A stretch of DNA of 64,000 nucleotides from Eledone cirrhosa. Taxonomy: Eukaryota. Positions 47,411 through 61,156 of the stretch are shown here, in pieces. The DNA lies in the NCBI GenBank assembly GCA_964016885.1, contig CAXHJY010000944.1, positions 9,567 to 73,566 on the forward strand, given 5' to 3'. How positions within the stretch are numbered: position 1 is the stretch's first letter; each line of letters starts with the position of its first letter. The position numbers and the translations under genes were made by a program. The notes beneath the pieces were generated by a model that worked only from the letters and a program-made list of their open reading frames with translations, searched no databases and had not been told where the DNA came from.

Positions 47411-50351
47411 ACATTTTTGCTTAACGCCCAAGGCATCAGCCCTTCCACCAATACTCAAAAATGGAAGATCAAATTCCTGGAGGACACATCCAAACCACAT
47501 CCCTTTCTTCGTCCTCACTGAAACCCATCTCAGTAACCTCCACTTGGAAGCCGAGCTGAAAGTGAAAAATTTCAAAGCCATCCGTGCTGATCGCGCTGGC
47601 AGAAGAAAGGGCGGAACTGCCATTTATGTCCATAATTCTTTCTCAACAGAGGCTATGAACATATTCACTAATGGATACTGTGAAGCAGTCACTGTATTCA
47701 GTCAAACCAACAACCTATTAGTAGTTGGGCTCTATAGGCCACCCCAAACGCCTGTACCATGCTTCAAGGAATGCCTCAACAGCATAAAGTGTTTCATCCA
47801 AGAGTGTCACCCTGACAACATCTTAATGATGGGGGACTTCAACCTCCCCGGAGTTGACTGGTCCACAAACAGCCTGCCACCAGGTTCTTCTGCCTCAACC
47901 TCTGACAGGGAAGCTGTGGAATCGCTTCTTGACTTCATGGATGATTTCTTCCTATCCCAACTGGTGCTCGAACCAAGGAGGTGCCACAAAAACGTCCTAG
48001 ACTTAATTTTCAGCAATCACACTGACAATATCCACAATATTGCAGTGGAGAAAACTCTACTCTCTGATCATGACATGGTTCTCTGTGATCTGAGATTCCA
48101 CCGTCCAATATACAAACCCAATGTCATCTCTCCTGTCCATCCGTTTGACGCTATGGATTTCCACAATGCAAACTGGGAAGCGATCAGTCATGATCTTGCA
48201 CATGTCGACTGGTCCTTCACGCACACTCATACACCCACTAACATCAAAAAGTCCTGGCAGACATTTGTGGACACTGTTACAAACATATGTGCTAAACACA
48301 CCCCATTAAGAACTATAAACAAATCTAAGAGCAGAATCCCTAGAAATAGAAAAACGCTCATCAGAAAAATTAAGAGAACGAACAAAAAAATCAACAAGCT
48401 GAAATACTGTCAGCAGCAACACATCAACTTGACTGCCATTTCATCACTAGAGATTAAAAAACATAACCTCCAAAACAGCATAATGTCCCTCATCAACAAT
48501 CAGAGAAGAGCTGAAGAGGCCTGGGCCATTGAGAAGATCAAACTCAATCCCAAAGTGTTCTTTTCATTTGCAAAAAAACACAAAATCACTGGCTCTACTG
48601 TTGGCCCTCTAATTGATGAAAATGGCACTCTTCAAGACAATGCTAAAACCATGGGTGAGATACTGCAGAAACAATACTGCTCTGTTTTCAGCAATCCTGA
48701 TATGGTCGATCTGGGCTGTATCGGCGATGTTACTCCCCATTACACCTTATCGGACATAACGTTTGGCGCCCCTGATGTCTTGGCGGCAATAAAGGAAATC
48801 AAGCATAATTCAGCAGTAGGTCCCGATAGGTTCCCTGCTTGTGTCTTGAAGGCGTGTCAACACCAACTTGCATCTCCTCTTGCCAATCTGTGGCGGAACT
48901 CACTGGATGCTGGATATGTGCCAGAAAACCTTCTATCCCAGTCTGTTGTCCCAGTTTTCAAAAAGGGAAACAAATCCCTTGCCGTGAATTACCGTCCAAT
49001 CTCACTCACCTCTCATATCATTAAGGTATTTGAGAGAGTGGTGAGATCGCGAATGACCCACTTCCTTGAGAGTAACAATATGCTGAACTCCAACCAGCAT
49101 GGATTCCGTAATGGAAGGGATTGCCTGACGCAGCTACTGCATCACTTTGATGACATTTTGAGAGCCTTGGGAGAGGGTTCCAACACTGATGTTATCTACC
49201 TTGATTTCAGCAAGGCCTTTGACAGGGTTGATCATAACATTCTACTGAGAAAGCTGTCCAATATTGGTGTCACTGGAAAGCTGCTGCAGTGGATCAAGAG
49301 CTTCCTGTCAAACAGAACCCAACATGTTGTAGTTGAGGGAGTCAAATCCAGCCCAGCCAAAGTCAGTAGTGGGGTCCCACAAGGCACTGTGTTGGGCCCA
49401 CTTCTCTTCATCATCTATATTAATGACATCACTGACATCATCAAACACAGCAACATTAAAATTTTCGCTGATGATTCCAAGCTCCAAAAGGTCATCAATG
49501 GCGTGGATGACCGGATAAGCCTTCAGTCAGACCTACTGGCTGTTACCCAATGGGCGGAAAAGAACAACATGTTACTGAACGAAGACAAATTCGAACTGAT
49601 CCACTTTGGAAAAGAGGATGCTCTGAAACTCCCGTACTCCCTTCCCTCCGGGGAAACTCTCGTGGCATCTAACAACATCAGAGACTTGGGAGTAACCGTG
49701 GACAGCAACATAAGCTGGACCACGCATATAAGCAGCAAAGTTGACATGGCCCGCAGAATGTGTTCCTGGATCCTCAGAACCTTCCAGTCGAGAGATTCCC
49801 GCACCATTATCCTTCTCTTCTCTACTTTTGCCCGACCACACCTTGAATACTGTTGTCCACTGTGGTCTCCCCACACGAAACAAAGTATCATGAAACTTGA
49901 AGCTCCTCAAAGGGCAATCACGAAAAAGATAGATGGCATGTCAGACCTTGACTACTGGGGTCGATTAGAAAACCTGAAACTTTACTCACTCCAACGTCGC
50001 CGTGAGCGTTATATTATCTGCATGATGTGGAAAATGTTCCATCATCACTGCCCAAATGATGTTGGCATCGCCTTCAAGATACACCCAAGGCTTGGGCCCC
50101 GTGCTATCCGTCCCATTCAAAAATCTAAATCGCAACTCATAACAACAATACGGCACAATTATTTCACCTCAATCGGCCCTGCTCTCTTCAACATCACACC
50201 AGGACACGTCAAAACAGAAACTGACCACACAAAATTCAAGAAGTCTTTGGACAAATTCCTCCAAGTAATCCCGGACAAACCACCCACACCCGGATATGTC
50301 TCCGCAAACAGTAATTCTCTTCTCGAATGGGCCATGGTGCCCAAATCCTGA
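47411..50351 (+). CDS. LINE ORF2: APE endonuclease + RT (CR1/L2 group), with one frameshift near 47485-47500
   Basis: LLNAQGI (47417-47437) is in a different frame from FFVLTETHL (47505 on). [69 protein letters not shown]. Confidence 0.92.
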
Positions 50352-50436
50352 ATTGAAAGACTTCGCCAGGTGGTGCTATTAAGTTAGACATGGCCTGGGC
50401 CAATACTGGCCAAAACATTTCAAAGTTATTCAAAGT

Positions 50437-50477
<41 letters not shown>

Positions 50478-50502
50478 GTATATATATATATGTATATATA
50501 TG

Positions 50503-50561
<59 letters not shown>

Positions 50562-50779
50562 TGTTATATTTGGGGAGGGTCATATTTGCGTAATATTGCC
50601 AGAATTAATAACAGAACACACTCACTGTTTGGTTGGTTTTCGCTTCTCGCTGTCTTTTATATATATATATCTGCGATCTAACTTACTCGGTCCTCAATGT
50701 TGCCATTGACTGACCGGCGGTCAAAAATAATACAGATACAATATAGACAAACACATATATATATAGTTTACATAATTTA

Positions 50780-50817
50780 CATAAATCTTTCGTTGCACAT
50801 CTGCAACATCGTCAGTG
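50780..50817 (-). ncRNA. Minimal hammerhead-like motif in 3' pLTR
   Basis: Minus strand CA-CTGACGA-T-GTTGCA-GATG-TGCAAC-GAAA-GATT-TA-TG. Stem I is weak. Confidence 0.6.
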
Positions 50818-51084
50818 GTGTTATATTCATTGTTCCTCCTGTTGTGTTGTATGTCTACGCCATTTTTTTTTGTTCAGTCTGTCTATATATTTATTTATTT
50901 GCTTGTTTGTTTATCTTATTTTATTTTGTCTTCTTTGCGCATGCGTTTGCGTGTGTGTATAGTGTTATGTGTGATGTGTGACTAGTGTGTATAGTGTTGT
51001 GTCTGCTGGGTGACTAGTGTGTGTTTATGTGCTTGTGTATGTATTTATTTATCTTATTTTATTTAATTTAATTTACTTATTTAT

Positions 51085-54000
51085 TTATACTTCTCTTAGG
51101 TCAGTGTTGTTTGTTTGGGTGTTGTTGTTGTTCCACTCATTCTTTCTGTTTAGCTTTGGTCTTCTAATTTCTATTTCACTGGCCTCTCTGATTTGCCTAT
51201 CTGCTGGGTCATTCCTATGTTTAGATATTATTCTAATTTCTATGTTGTCTATGTTACCGTCATGTTGTTGTCTAGCATGTTCGTATAGTACTGACCCGTT
51301 TTTTCGTCCTTTTAGTTCCCCCCAGTGTTGGTCTATCCTTTCACCTATGCTACGAGCTGTCTCACCTATGTATGTTGTTGTCGTGTTTCTGCAAGTACCC
51401 TCTGTACATCTTATGCTATAGACTACGTTTCTAGTTTTACAGTTTATCCGGGGGTTCACCTTACATATGATACATTTCCTATTGGTACAGTGGGTTTTCT
51501 TAAAAGGGTAGGTTTTGCTGATCAGGGATTTTATGGTGGTTCCTGGCTTTTCTACCACCTTTATTTTTAAGTGGGTCTTTCTCAGGGCCTTTCTACACTG
51601 GTTAGCTAATTTCCCTCCAGGGGTGGCGTCCACAAACATGACACTCTGATATTTCTGGTTGTCGTACCATGATGTGGCCTTCCCTATCTTATGTCTAGCC
51701 CTATCTAAGCTATTCCATGATTTGCTCCTGTATAGTGGGCAAATTCCTTTCATGTCCAGTTCTATGAGGGTCTTATACTTTTCCATGGCTCCTTCGTATA
51801 CTCTGACTCTGTCTCTTTGGTTGTAGCCAGAGAACTGCATGCGGTTGATGAAGTGTTGGATGTGTCCTTCCATTTCTGTTGGGTCGCACATGCTGGACAC
51901 ATTCTTCATCACTCGTACCAAATCTGCGATCAGAATATTAAACTTAGCACTACTGGACATTGCTGAGTTTTTGAGTATCAGGTATTTGGAGGCCATGGGT
52001 TTAGCATAGTGTGAGTGGAGAATTTGGGCTCTCTCGTCTATAGTGTTAATCCAGAGTTCTGTGTCTAATACAGGTAGTCTATTGTTAGGGTGTTTGGAAG
52101 GGAAGTCTATAGTTACAGTTATACTCTGGTGTATGGAATTAGCTATCTGCTGGATGCTTTCCATCGTGCTACGTTCTAAATCAAACTTGTTAGTGCTCTC
52201 TAGTGGGGGTGTTCTTATAACTATATTGATATCGTCTACATAACGAGAGTACATGATGAGGTCTATGGAGCTTTCATTAAGGAGATCTTTAAGTCTCCTT
52301 TCCCACCATACCATGAAAAGGTTGGCAACATCACCAGCTATGCTGACGCCGATGGCTGCTCCCTCATTTTGGGTGTAGATTTTCTCATTGAACTTAAATA
52401 TGTGGCCCTTTAGGGTAGTTTTGATACTAGCCCCTATTGCATGTGCGACCATTTTTCTTACCTGATCAGTGTTTTGGGGGGTCCGTATAGCTTTGGTCCA
52501 CCCAATCCACCTTCCTATGGGAGTCTTTTTAGCCATTGAGGTTATGGTGGGGGGTCTACCTCTTATAGGTCTACTAGGGCAGAAACATCTAAGGTCATGG
52601 CTGTCTAGGTAGTCAGTGTCGTAGGTAAGTCTAAGTAGGAGGCCCAGTTCGTCTGTGTCGACGTCGCAGAACTCCACCTCACTCTCAATGATCATCTCCA
52701 CACATCTTTTCACAGCAAAATCAATGTTAATGGATGGGTACAGTGACACCACATCCATGCTGCCTATTATGCAGTTGGATAGGCTCCTGTTTTTGTTGCA
52801 CTCACTGATTCTGCTGAGGAGGTCCTCTGTACTTTCACATACATCTGGGGACATCTTGATTATGGGGCGTATAACCATTGAGAGGAAGTAGGAGATCCTG
52901 TAGTTGCTAGCTATATTAGCTCCGCATACGGGTCTTGTTGGTGGTCCTGTTGTCGGGTCGTCGACTGTCTTGTGATCTTTGCGGAGCCCATACAAGGGTG
53001 GTATGCCATTGTTAGACGCCTGGAAGTTGTTGGCAGTGCGTCTGCTTGGCTTTAGGATGTCAGTCCACATCATCATGTGAGCGTTGAGGATTTTTTCTCT
53101 CCCATCGTGTGTTAGTTGTGCAACTTCGCTCGTGTTGGTGATGTGGGGTTGCATTGCCTCGATGTAGTTCGGCATGCTATCTATTGACATCCTACCAGAC
53201 TTATCTGTGGGTAGGCACACTACCTCACCATCCCTTGTGCGCTGCTTGAGGCTAACCAAGCCTTCTACAGGTTTTCTCCCAAGTTGTTGGGCCTCTGGTC
53301 TGCTCTGTCTCATAGTGTACCTGTCTACTACCTGTCTAATCTTATTTCTAGCTATGGTGAACTGTGCCTCCGTCTCGTCATCTATTTGCTGTGGTATGCA
53401 AACTCTTTTATTAAAGGGTAACCTCGTAGGATAGATATTACCCATCTTATATGTTTTGTCAGCTGGGTTGAAAAATAGTTTCTCTAAGGGGTTGTCGTTA
53501 TTTCTATCGTCATAGTTGTGTGTGTTGCTATTATTGTTATCATGGTGGTTGTTGTTGTTTCTATCATTAGCATTAATATTATTATTGTTATGATTGCTAG
53601 ATGTATTGTTGTTTACTTCACCGTTATTGTTGTTGTTGTTACTGCTATTTCTACCATTGTGGTTGTTACCATTATTATGTTTCTTGTTTTTGTTGATGTT
53701 GCTACATGTACTATTTCCATTATTACCACTGTGGTTATTGTTGTTGTTGTTCGTATTGTTACCGTTATTACTACTGTGGTCACTGTTGCTGTGTCTGTGG
53801 TTAACGTTTCTATTATTATTATTATTGTGGTTGTTGTTGTTCTGTCTATCGCTAGTATTATTACCATTATCACTATTTCTCACTTTCCTGCCATTGTTAT
53901 GGTTATGGCTGTTATTTCTATACCCAGAGTTATTGTTTATATTACTACTACCGTTATTATTGTTGTTGTTGTTTACCTTTGCATTCCAACGTATTTTTGT

Positions 54001-54712
54001 GAAACACTTTTCCAGCTCCGTTTTGCATTCCATAGGGTTAATCTTTTTGTAGATGGCAAATTTTGGTGGTAACTTTAGGATTTGTTGTTCTTGTTCACTG
54101 ATTAGTGTTCCCATAGATATTTACTGTGTGGTCATTGGTAAATTCTTCCGGTAGTTTTACATCACTCATACGGATGTTGTCGATGTTATCTGGGTATTTT
54201 TGAGAATATTCGATTTTCCTTTCTTGTAGTTTTTTCTTATTCATCCATTCTAATTTCTTCTTGAAATGCCTACAGCATTCGTTTTGAGCATATTTCGTTT
54301 CGCGTCGGATGACGCTCATGAAGTCATCTCTCTCGTTTGCTGTGATGAGATTTCGGATTTCCTTACCGTTGATGCGTTTTTGTCTGTAGAGTGCGTTGAC
54401 TTTTGTGTATGTTGTTCTTTTCATATTAACTGTTATTGTGTGTTTTAGCCGTTCAGCTTGTGTTTTGTTCAATAATAAATTATTTACTTGTTTTGATATG
54501 TTTGTTGTGTATGTTTTGGAGGAAACACAGTGTTTTAAGAAGCGGATTTGTTCTGTTGTTATTGTAGTTTTTATATAACAGAAAACAGTGTCTTTCAATA
54601 ACCTTTCAGCTTGGCACAAGCTAATGCCATAGCGGCGATGAATTAGTTTTGCGAGGTTTTTTATATGAAATCGTGTGTCGAAACAGATATTGTTATATTT
54701 GGGGAGGGTCAT
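51085..54712 (-). CDS. PLE polyprotein (N-terminal domain, Asn-rich insert, RT, CxxxxCxxC linker, GIY-YIG), split by one frameshift at ~54105
   Basis: ORF 54095-54712 ends NIYGNT and ORF 51085-54114 continues ISEQEQQILKLPPKF. Motifs: PTDKSGR, LYGLRKDHK, RPVC, SMDVVSLYPSI, GAAIG, RYVDD, LPVLD, VVYSIRC...YIGET...R...EA...N. Confidence 0.92.
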
Positions 54713-54908
54713 ATTTGCGTAATATTGCCAGAATTAATAACAGAACACATTCACTGTTTGGTTGGTTTTCGCTTCTCGCTGTCTTTTATATATATATATC
54801 TGCGATCTAACTTACTCGGTCCTCAATGTTGCCATTGACTGACCGGCGGTCAAAAATAATACAGATACAATATAGACAAACACATATATATATAGTTTAC
54901 ATAATTTA

Positions 54909-54946
54909 CATAAATCTTTCGTTGCACATCTGCAACATCGTCAGTG
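54909..54946 (-). ncRNA. Minimal hammerhead-like motif in 5' pLTR
   Basis: Identical to 50780-50817. Confidence 0.6.
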
Positions 54947-55082
54947 GTGTTATATTCATTGTTCCTCCTGTTGTGTTGTATGTCTACGCCATTTTTTTTT
55001 GTTCAGTCTGTCTATATATTTATTTATTTATTTGCTTGTTTGTTTATCTTATTTTATTTTGTCTTCTTTGCGCATGCGTTTG

Positions 55083-55577
<495 letters not shown>

Positions 55578-56107
55578 ATGATGTGGTTGAGAGGAAGAGC
55601 AAGGCCTGGGCGGCGTGCCACAGCTTGAGATCGGTGTGGAAGTCAGACTTTCGTAAAGACCTGAAAATCCGCCTCTTCATTGCTGTAGTGGAGTCTGTGC
55701 TGCTGTATGGGTCTGAGACTTGGACACTGACCAAGAAACTCACTCAGATGGTGGATGGATGCTACACGAGAATGCTGAGGATGGCTCTGAACATTAATCA
55801 GTATACACTGAGGATGAAAAACTCAGAGCTGTATGGGAGCATCCCAAAAGTCACCTCAAAAGTGACACAGAGGAGACTGAGGTTAGCTGGACATGCTTAC
55901 CGACATCCAGAGCTGACATTGCACTCAGTGCTCCTTTGGGAGCCCCTACATGGACACACTAGAAGAGCAAGACCAAGGTTAACATATGTTGATGCCCTAA
56001 GGACAGACACTGGTCTGTTGGAGACGCAGGACATGGCAGTAATGATGAGGGACAGAGACCGCTGGAGAGAACTCGTCCATGGATCTCGGGAATTTTACCC
56101 GCCTTAG
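55578..56107 (+). pseudogene. 5'-truncated RTE-like LINE (family B)
   Basis: [13 protein letters not shown]...[11 protein letters not shown]...RRLRLAGH...RPRLTYVD. The stop is directly followed by a microsatellite. Confidence 0.92.
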
Positions 56108-56114
56108 ATGTATG

Positions 56115-56217
<103 letters not shown>

Positions 56218-56223
56218 GTATAT

Positions 56224-56590
56224 GTACAAAGCGAAACCTACAGTCAGTAGGCACCTCTTAACCAAATATACACCCCAAACCACTACCCCTACCCTATTCT
56301 CCCACTCCCACCAACAACATGAGAAAATGAGGTCGTGTAGGTGTCACGACAAAAAAAAACGCAGTCCACGCTATAATGTGGCCATGTAGGTAACATGGTA
56401 AAAAGTTCCCAGTTCCACATAGTAAATGTGGTTGGTGTTAGGAAGGGCATCCAGCCGTAGAAAACCTGCCAGACAGTCCTATATGAGCGAGACACGGTCA
56501 CCCGACCAACCTTGCCTCAAGTGGGACAACTCCCGTCTAACCCATACTAGCATGGAAAATGGACGTTAAACGAAGATGATGATGATGATG
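56224..56590 (+). mobile_element. RTE family-A 3' UTR with (GAT)n tail
   Basis: GTACAAAGCGAAACCTACAGTCAGTAGGCACCTC...GGACGTTAAACGAAGATGATG. Matches 36853-37228. Confidence 0.85.
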
Positions 56591-56680
56591 TATATGGATA
56601 TATGTATATATATGTATGTATATATGTATATATATATATATATGTATGTATATATACATATGTATATATATATATATATG

Positions 56681-56732
<52 letters not shown>

Positions 56733-57127
56733 TTTAATATAGAAGAGATTCTACAGCACTAGAACTGTTTCATTCGTGAGAAATCATCAGCTATATATAT
56801 ATCTATATACCATTTATTGTATCCGAGTTATTGCCATATTCTGCACCATTTTCATTATTGACAATAATTTCTTACTTTGACAAAAACATCTTTCCAGCAG
56901 AAATATTACTTTCTTGATTTTTTGTGTATTGGGAGGGGGGGGGGGGGTCTGTTCTCTTTTCTTTTTCGTTTTTTTGGTTTTAATTTTTGTTTTGTTTGTT
57001 GTTTGTATTTGTTTATTTTCCAATCAGTGTCTCTCTCCCCAACTCTCTTTTCTTTCTTTCCTCAACCATTTTTGACCACTTATCGTTGGCACATTAATTA
57101 GATGTTCCACACACTAATTACATTAGC

Positions 57128-57375
57128 CACACATACACACCCACACACACACACATACATACATATATATACACACTTACATATACACACACACACATAT
57201 ATATACACACATACAAACACACTCACATGCATACATACATACATACATACACACATACACATATATACACACATACATACACATATACACACGCACATAC
57301 GCACACACATACATACACACACATACATACACACACATACATACAGACACATACATACACAGACACACACACACA

Positions 57376-57414
<39 letters not shown>

Positions 57415-57875
57415 TTATCATTGGCACAGTAATTCCATTAGCCACACACTCCATCATAGTTCACACAATATAATCCATCATCTTATAACTGAGAGGTGAT
57501 AATTCCTGGCGACCATTTTAGAAATTCCCTCCTTTTACTGTTATTCCAATGCCCCCCCCCCCCACTCACACATATATATTCCAATGTCCTACACACACAC
57601 ACACACGTTCCAATGTCCTACACACACACACACACACACATACACACACACACATACACACACACATATATATTCCAATGTCTTACACACACACACACAC
57701 ACACACGTTCCAATGTCCTACACACACACACACACACACACACATACACACACACACACATTCACACACACATATATATTCCAATGTCCTACACACACAC
57801 ACACACATATATATTCCAATATCCTACACACACACACACATTCCAATGCCCCCCCCCCCACCCCCCACACACACA
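57128..57875. repeat. (CA/TA)n and TTCCAATGTCCTA+(CA)n compound repeat
   Basis: Direct reading. Confidence 0.88.
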
Positions 57876-58151
57876 TATTTACTTCCTTACTCTTTCTTTA
57901 CCATTTTCTTTTTCTTATTCTCACTTCACTTGCTACAATAAAATCTGCCCGGTATTTTATCAATCTCTGTATGTCCAACTACTAAGTTATGAGACAAATC
58001 TTTGTTACCCTTTGCTATCCTATTTCTAATGAAAGACTATTATTTTCAATTAATTTTGACAATAATTATAAGTAATTTCCTCATTAATAAGTTGGTGTTT
58101 GGAGTGTAACTTAAAGAATTTATGGTGTGTAACTTAAAGAAGTTATTACAT

Positions 58152-58328
58152 GGATTGGCAGTATCGGTAGAGGGTCGGACGCCATGTTTTCCAGCATAGT
58201 TACGTCCCTTTACGATCTGAGTTCAAATCCCGCCGAGGTTGACTTTGCCTTTCATCCTTACGGGGTCGATAAAATAAAGTACCAGTAATGAACTGGGTAA
58301 TTGCTGGCCTTGTGCCTAAAGTAGAAAC
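58152..58328 (+). mobile_element. tRNA-derived SINE (family 2) with AGTTATTACAT flanking repeat, inside a diverged reverse-oriented TTAA MITE (~58004-58441)
   Basis: B-box GAGTTCAAATCCC. Flanks at 58141-58151 and 58329-58339. Confidence 0.85.
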
Positions 58329-58542
58329 AGTTATTACATAGAATTATGATGAAATGTTTGTAGATAAAAATAAACATTTGAAAACAAAAAGTTTTGTTTC
58401 ATAGAATCAGGTTTGGTTTAAGGTGACATCAAAAGAGTTAAACATTTGTGGAAGATACCAAATTATATGTTATAATATAAACATTGAAAATATTTGAGCC
58501 ATATTTAAAATTCTTCGACTGGTTTTGAGGTGGTGAATTACT

Positions 58543-60135
58543 AGAGTGGTTAGAACGTCAGATAGAATGGTAGAGTGGTTAGAACGTCAGATAGAATGGT
58601 AGAGTGGTTAGAACGTCAGATAGAATGGTAGAGTGGTTAGAACGTCAGATAGAATAGTAGAGTGGTTAGAACATCAGGTAGAATGGCAGAGTGGTTAGAA
58701 CGTCTGATAGAATGGTAGAGTGGTTAGACCGTCAGATAGAATGGTAGAGTGGTTAGAACGTCTGATAGAATGGTAGAGTGGTGAGAACATCTGATAGAAT
58801 GGTAGAGTGGTGAGAACATCTGATAGAATGGCAGAGTGGTTAAAACGTCAGATAGAATGGTAAAGTGGTTAGAACGTCAGATAGAATGGTAGAGTGGTTA
58901 GAACGTCAGATAGAATGGTAGAGTGGTTAGAACGTCAGGTAGAATAGTAGAGTGGTTAGAACGTCAGATAGAATGGTAGAGTGGTTAGAACGTCAGATAG
59001 AATGGTAGAATGGTGAGAAGGTCTGATAGAATGGTAGAGTGGTTAGAACGTCAGATAGAATGGTAGAGTGGTGAGAACGTCTGATAGAATGGTAGAGTGG
59101 TGAGAACATCTGATAGAATGTTAGAGTGGTTAGAACATCAGGTAGAATAGTAGAGTGGTTAGAACGTCAGATAGAATGGTAGAGTGGTTAGAACGTCAGA
59201 TAGAATGGTAGAGTGGTTAGAACGTCTGATAGAATGGTAGAGTGGTTAGACCGTCAGATAGAATGGTAGAGTGGTTAGAACGTCAGATAGAATAGTAGAG
59301 TGGTTAGAACGTCTGATAGAATGGTAGAGTGGTGAGAACATCTGATAGAATGGTAGAGTGGTGAGAACATCTGATAGAATGGTAGAGTGGTGAGAACATC
59401 TGATAGAATGGCAGAGTGGTTAGAACGTCAGATAGAATGGTAGAGTGGTTAGAACGTCTGATAGAATGGTAGAGTGGTTAGAACGTCAGATAGAATGGTA
59501 AAGTGGTTAGAATGTCAGATAGAATGGTAGAGTGGTGAGAACGTCAGATAGAATGGTAGGGTGGTGAGAACGTCTGATAGAATGGTAGAGTGGTTAGAAC
59601 GTCAGATAGAATGGTAGAGTGGTTAGAACGTCAGATAGAATGGTAGAGTGGTTAGAACATCGGGTAGAATGGTAGAGTGGTTAGAACGTCTGATAGAATG
59701 GTAGAGTGGTGAGAACATCTGATAGAATGGTAGATGGTTAGAACATCTGAGAGAATGGTAGAGTGGTGAGAACATCTGATAGAATGGCAGAGTGGTTAGA
59801 ACGTCAGATAGAATGGTAAAGTGGTTAGAACGTCAGATAGAATGGTAGAGTGGTTAGAACGTCAGATAGAATGGTAGAGTGGTTAGAACGTCAGATAAAA
59901 TGGTAGAGTGGTTAGAACGTCAGATAGAATAGTAGAGGGGTGAGAACGTCAGGTAGAATAGTAGAGTGGTGAGAACATCTGATAGAATGGTAGAGTGGTT
60001 ACAACAGCAGATAGAATGGTAGAGTGGTTAGAACATCTGATAGAATGTTAGAGTGGTTAGAACGTGAGATAGAATGGTAGAGTGGTTAGAACGTCTGATA
60101 GAATGTTAGAGTGGTTAGAACGTCAGATAGAATGC
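58543..60135. repeat. 29-bp satellite (AGAGTGGTTAGAACGTCAGATAGAATGGT), ~55 copies
   Basis: Period 29 (58543, 58572, ...). Confidence 0.97.
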
Positions 60136-60150
60136 TCAATAGAATGCACA

Positions 60151-60224
60151 TCGCCCGGTCTGAGAATTGAACTCACAACCTTTCGATTGCAAGGCCAATG
60201 CTCTAACCACTAAACCATGTGCCT

Positions 60225-60228
<4 letters not shown>
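60151..60228 (-). mobile_element. tRNA-like SINE head
   Basis: Reverse complement of 17680-17758. Confidence 0.85.
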
Positions 60229-60278
<50 letters not shown>

Positions 60279-60433
60279 TATCTCTATATATATATAATAT
60301 ATATCTCTCTATATATATATAATATATATCTCTCTATATATATATAATATATATATCTCTCTATATATATAATATATATCTCTCTATATATATATAATAT
60401 ATATCTCTCTCTATATATATAATATATATCTAT

Positions 60434-60480
<47 letters not shown>

Positions 60481-60694
60481 TGTATATATATATATATATA
60501 TATAATATATATCTATAGATAAATATATATATATAATATATATCTATATATATATAATATTTATATATAGATATATATATAATATTTATATATAGATATA
60601 TATATAATATATAGATATATATATATATAATATTTATATATATATGTATATATATATATATAATATATATCTATATATATATCTATATAATATT

Positions 60695-60727
<33 letters not shown>

Positions 60728-60804
60728 TCTATATATATATATATAATATTTATATATATATATATATATATAATATATATCTATATATATATATATATAA
60801 TATT

Positions 60805-60837
<33 letters not shown>

Positions 60838-60920
60838 TCTATATATATATATATATATAATATATATCTATATATATATATAGTATATATCTCTCTCTCT
60901 ATATATATATATATATATAG

Positions 60921-60951
<31 letters not shown>

Positions 60952-60969
60952 TATATATATATCTATATC

Positions 60970-61058
<89 letters not shown>

Positions 61059-61059
61059 C

Positions 61060-61134
<75 letters not shown>

Positions 61135-61156
61135 CTATATATATATAAAATATTTC

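Larger units (their letters stand above)
45772..50438 (+). mobile_element. Near-full-length CR1/L2-group LINE inserted in (TA)n
   Basis: 5' UTR starts CAGTTGAGCAGTTG after (TA)n. ORF1 + ORF2. The short 3' UTR ends in (TTCAAAGTTA)2 at 50419-50438, then (TA)n. Confidence 0.88.
50558..55082 (-). mobile_element. Penelope-like element (Neptune-like Cys linker) with direct pseudo-LTRs, inserted in (TA)n
   Basis: Direct repeats 50558-50949 and 54687-55082 differ by about one substitution and one 4-bp indel. They flank an RT + GIY-YIG ORF. Confidence 0.93.
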
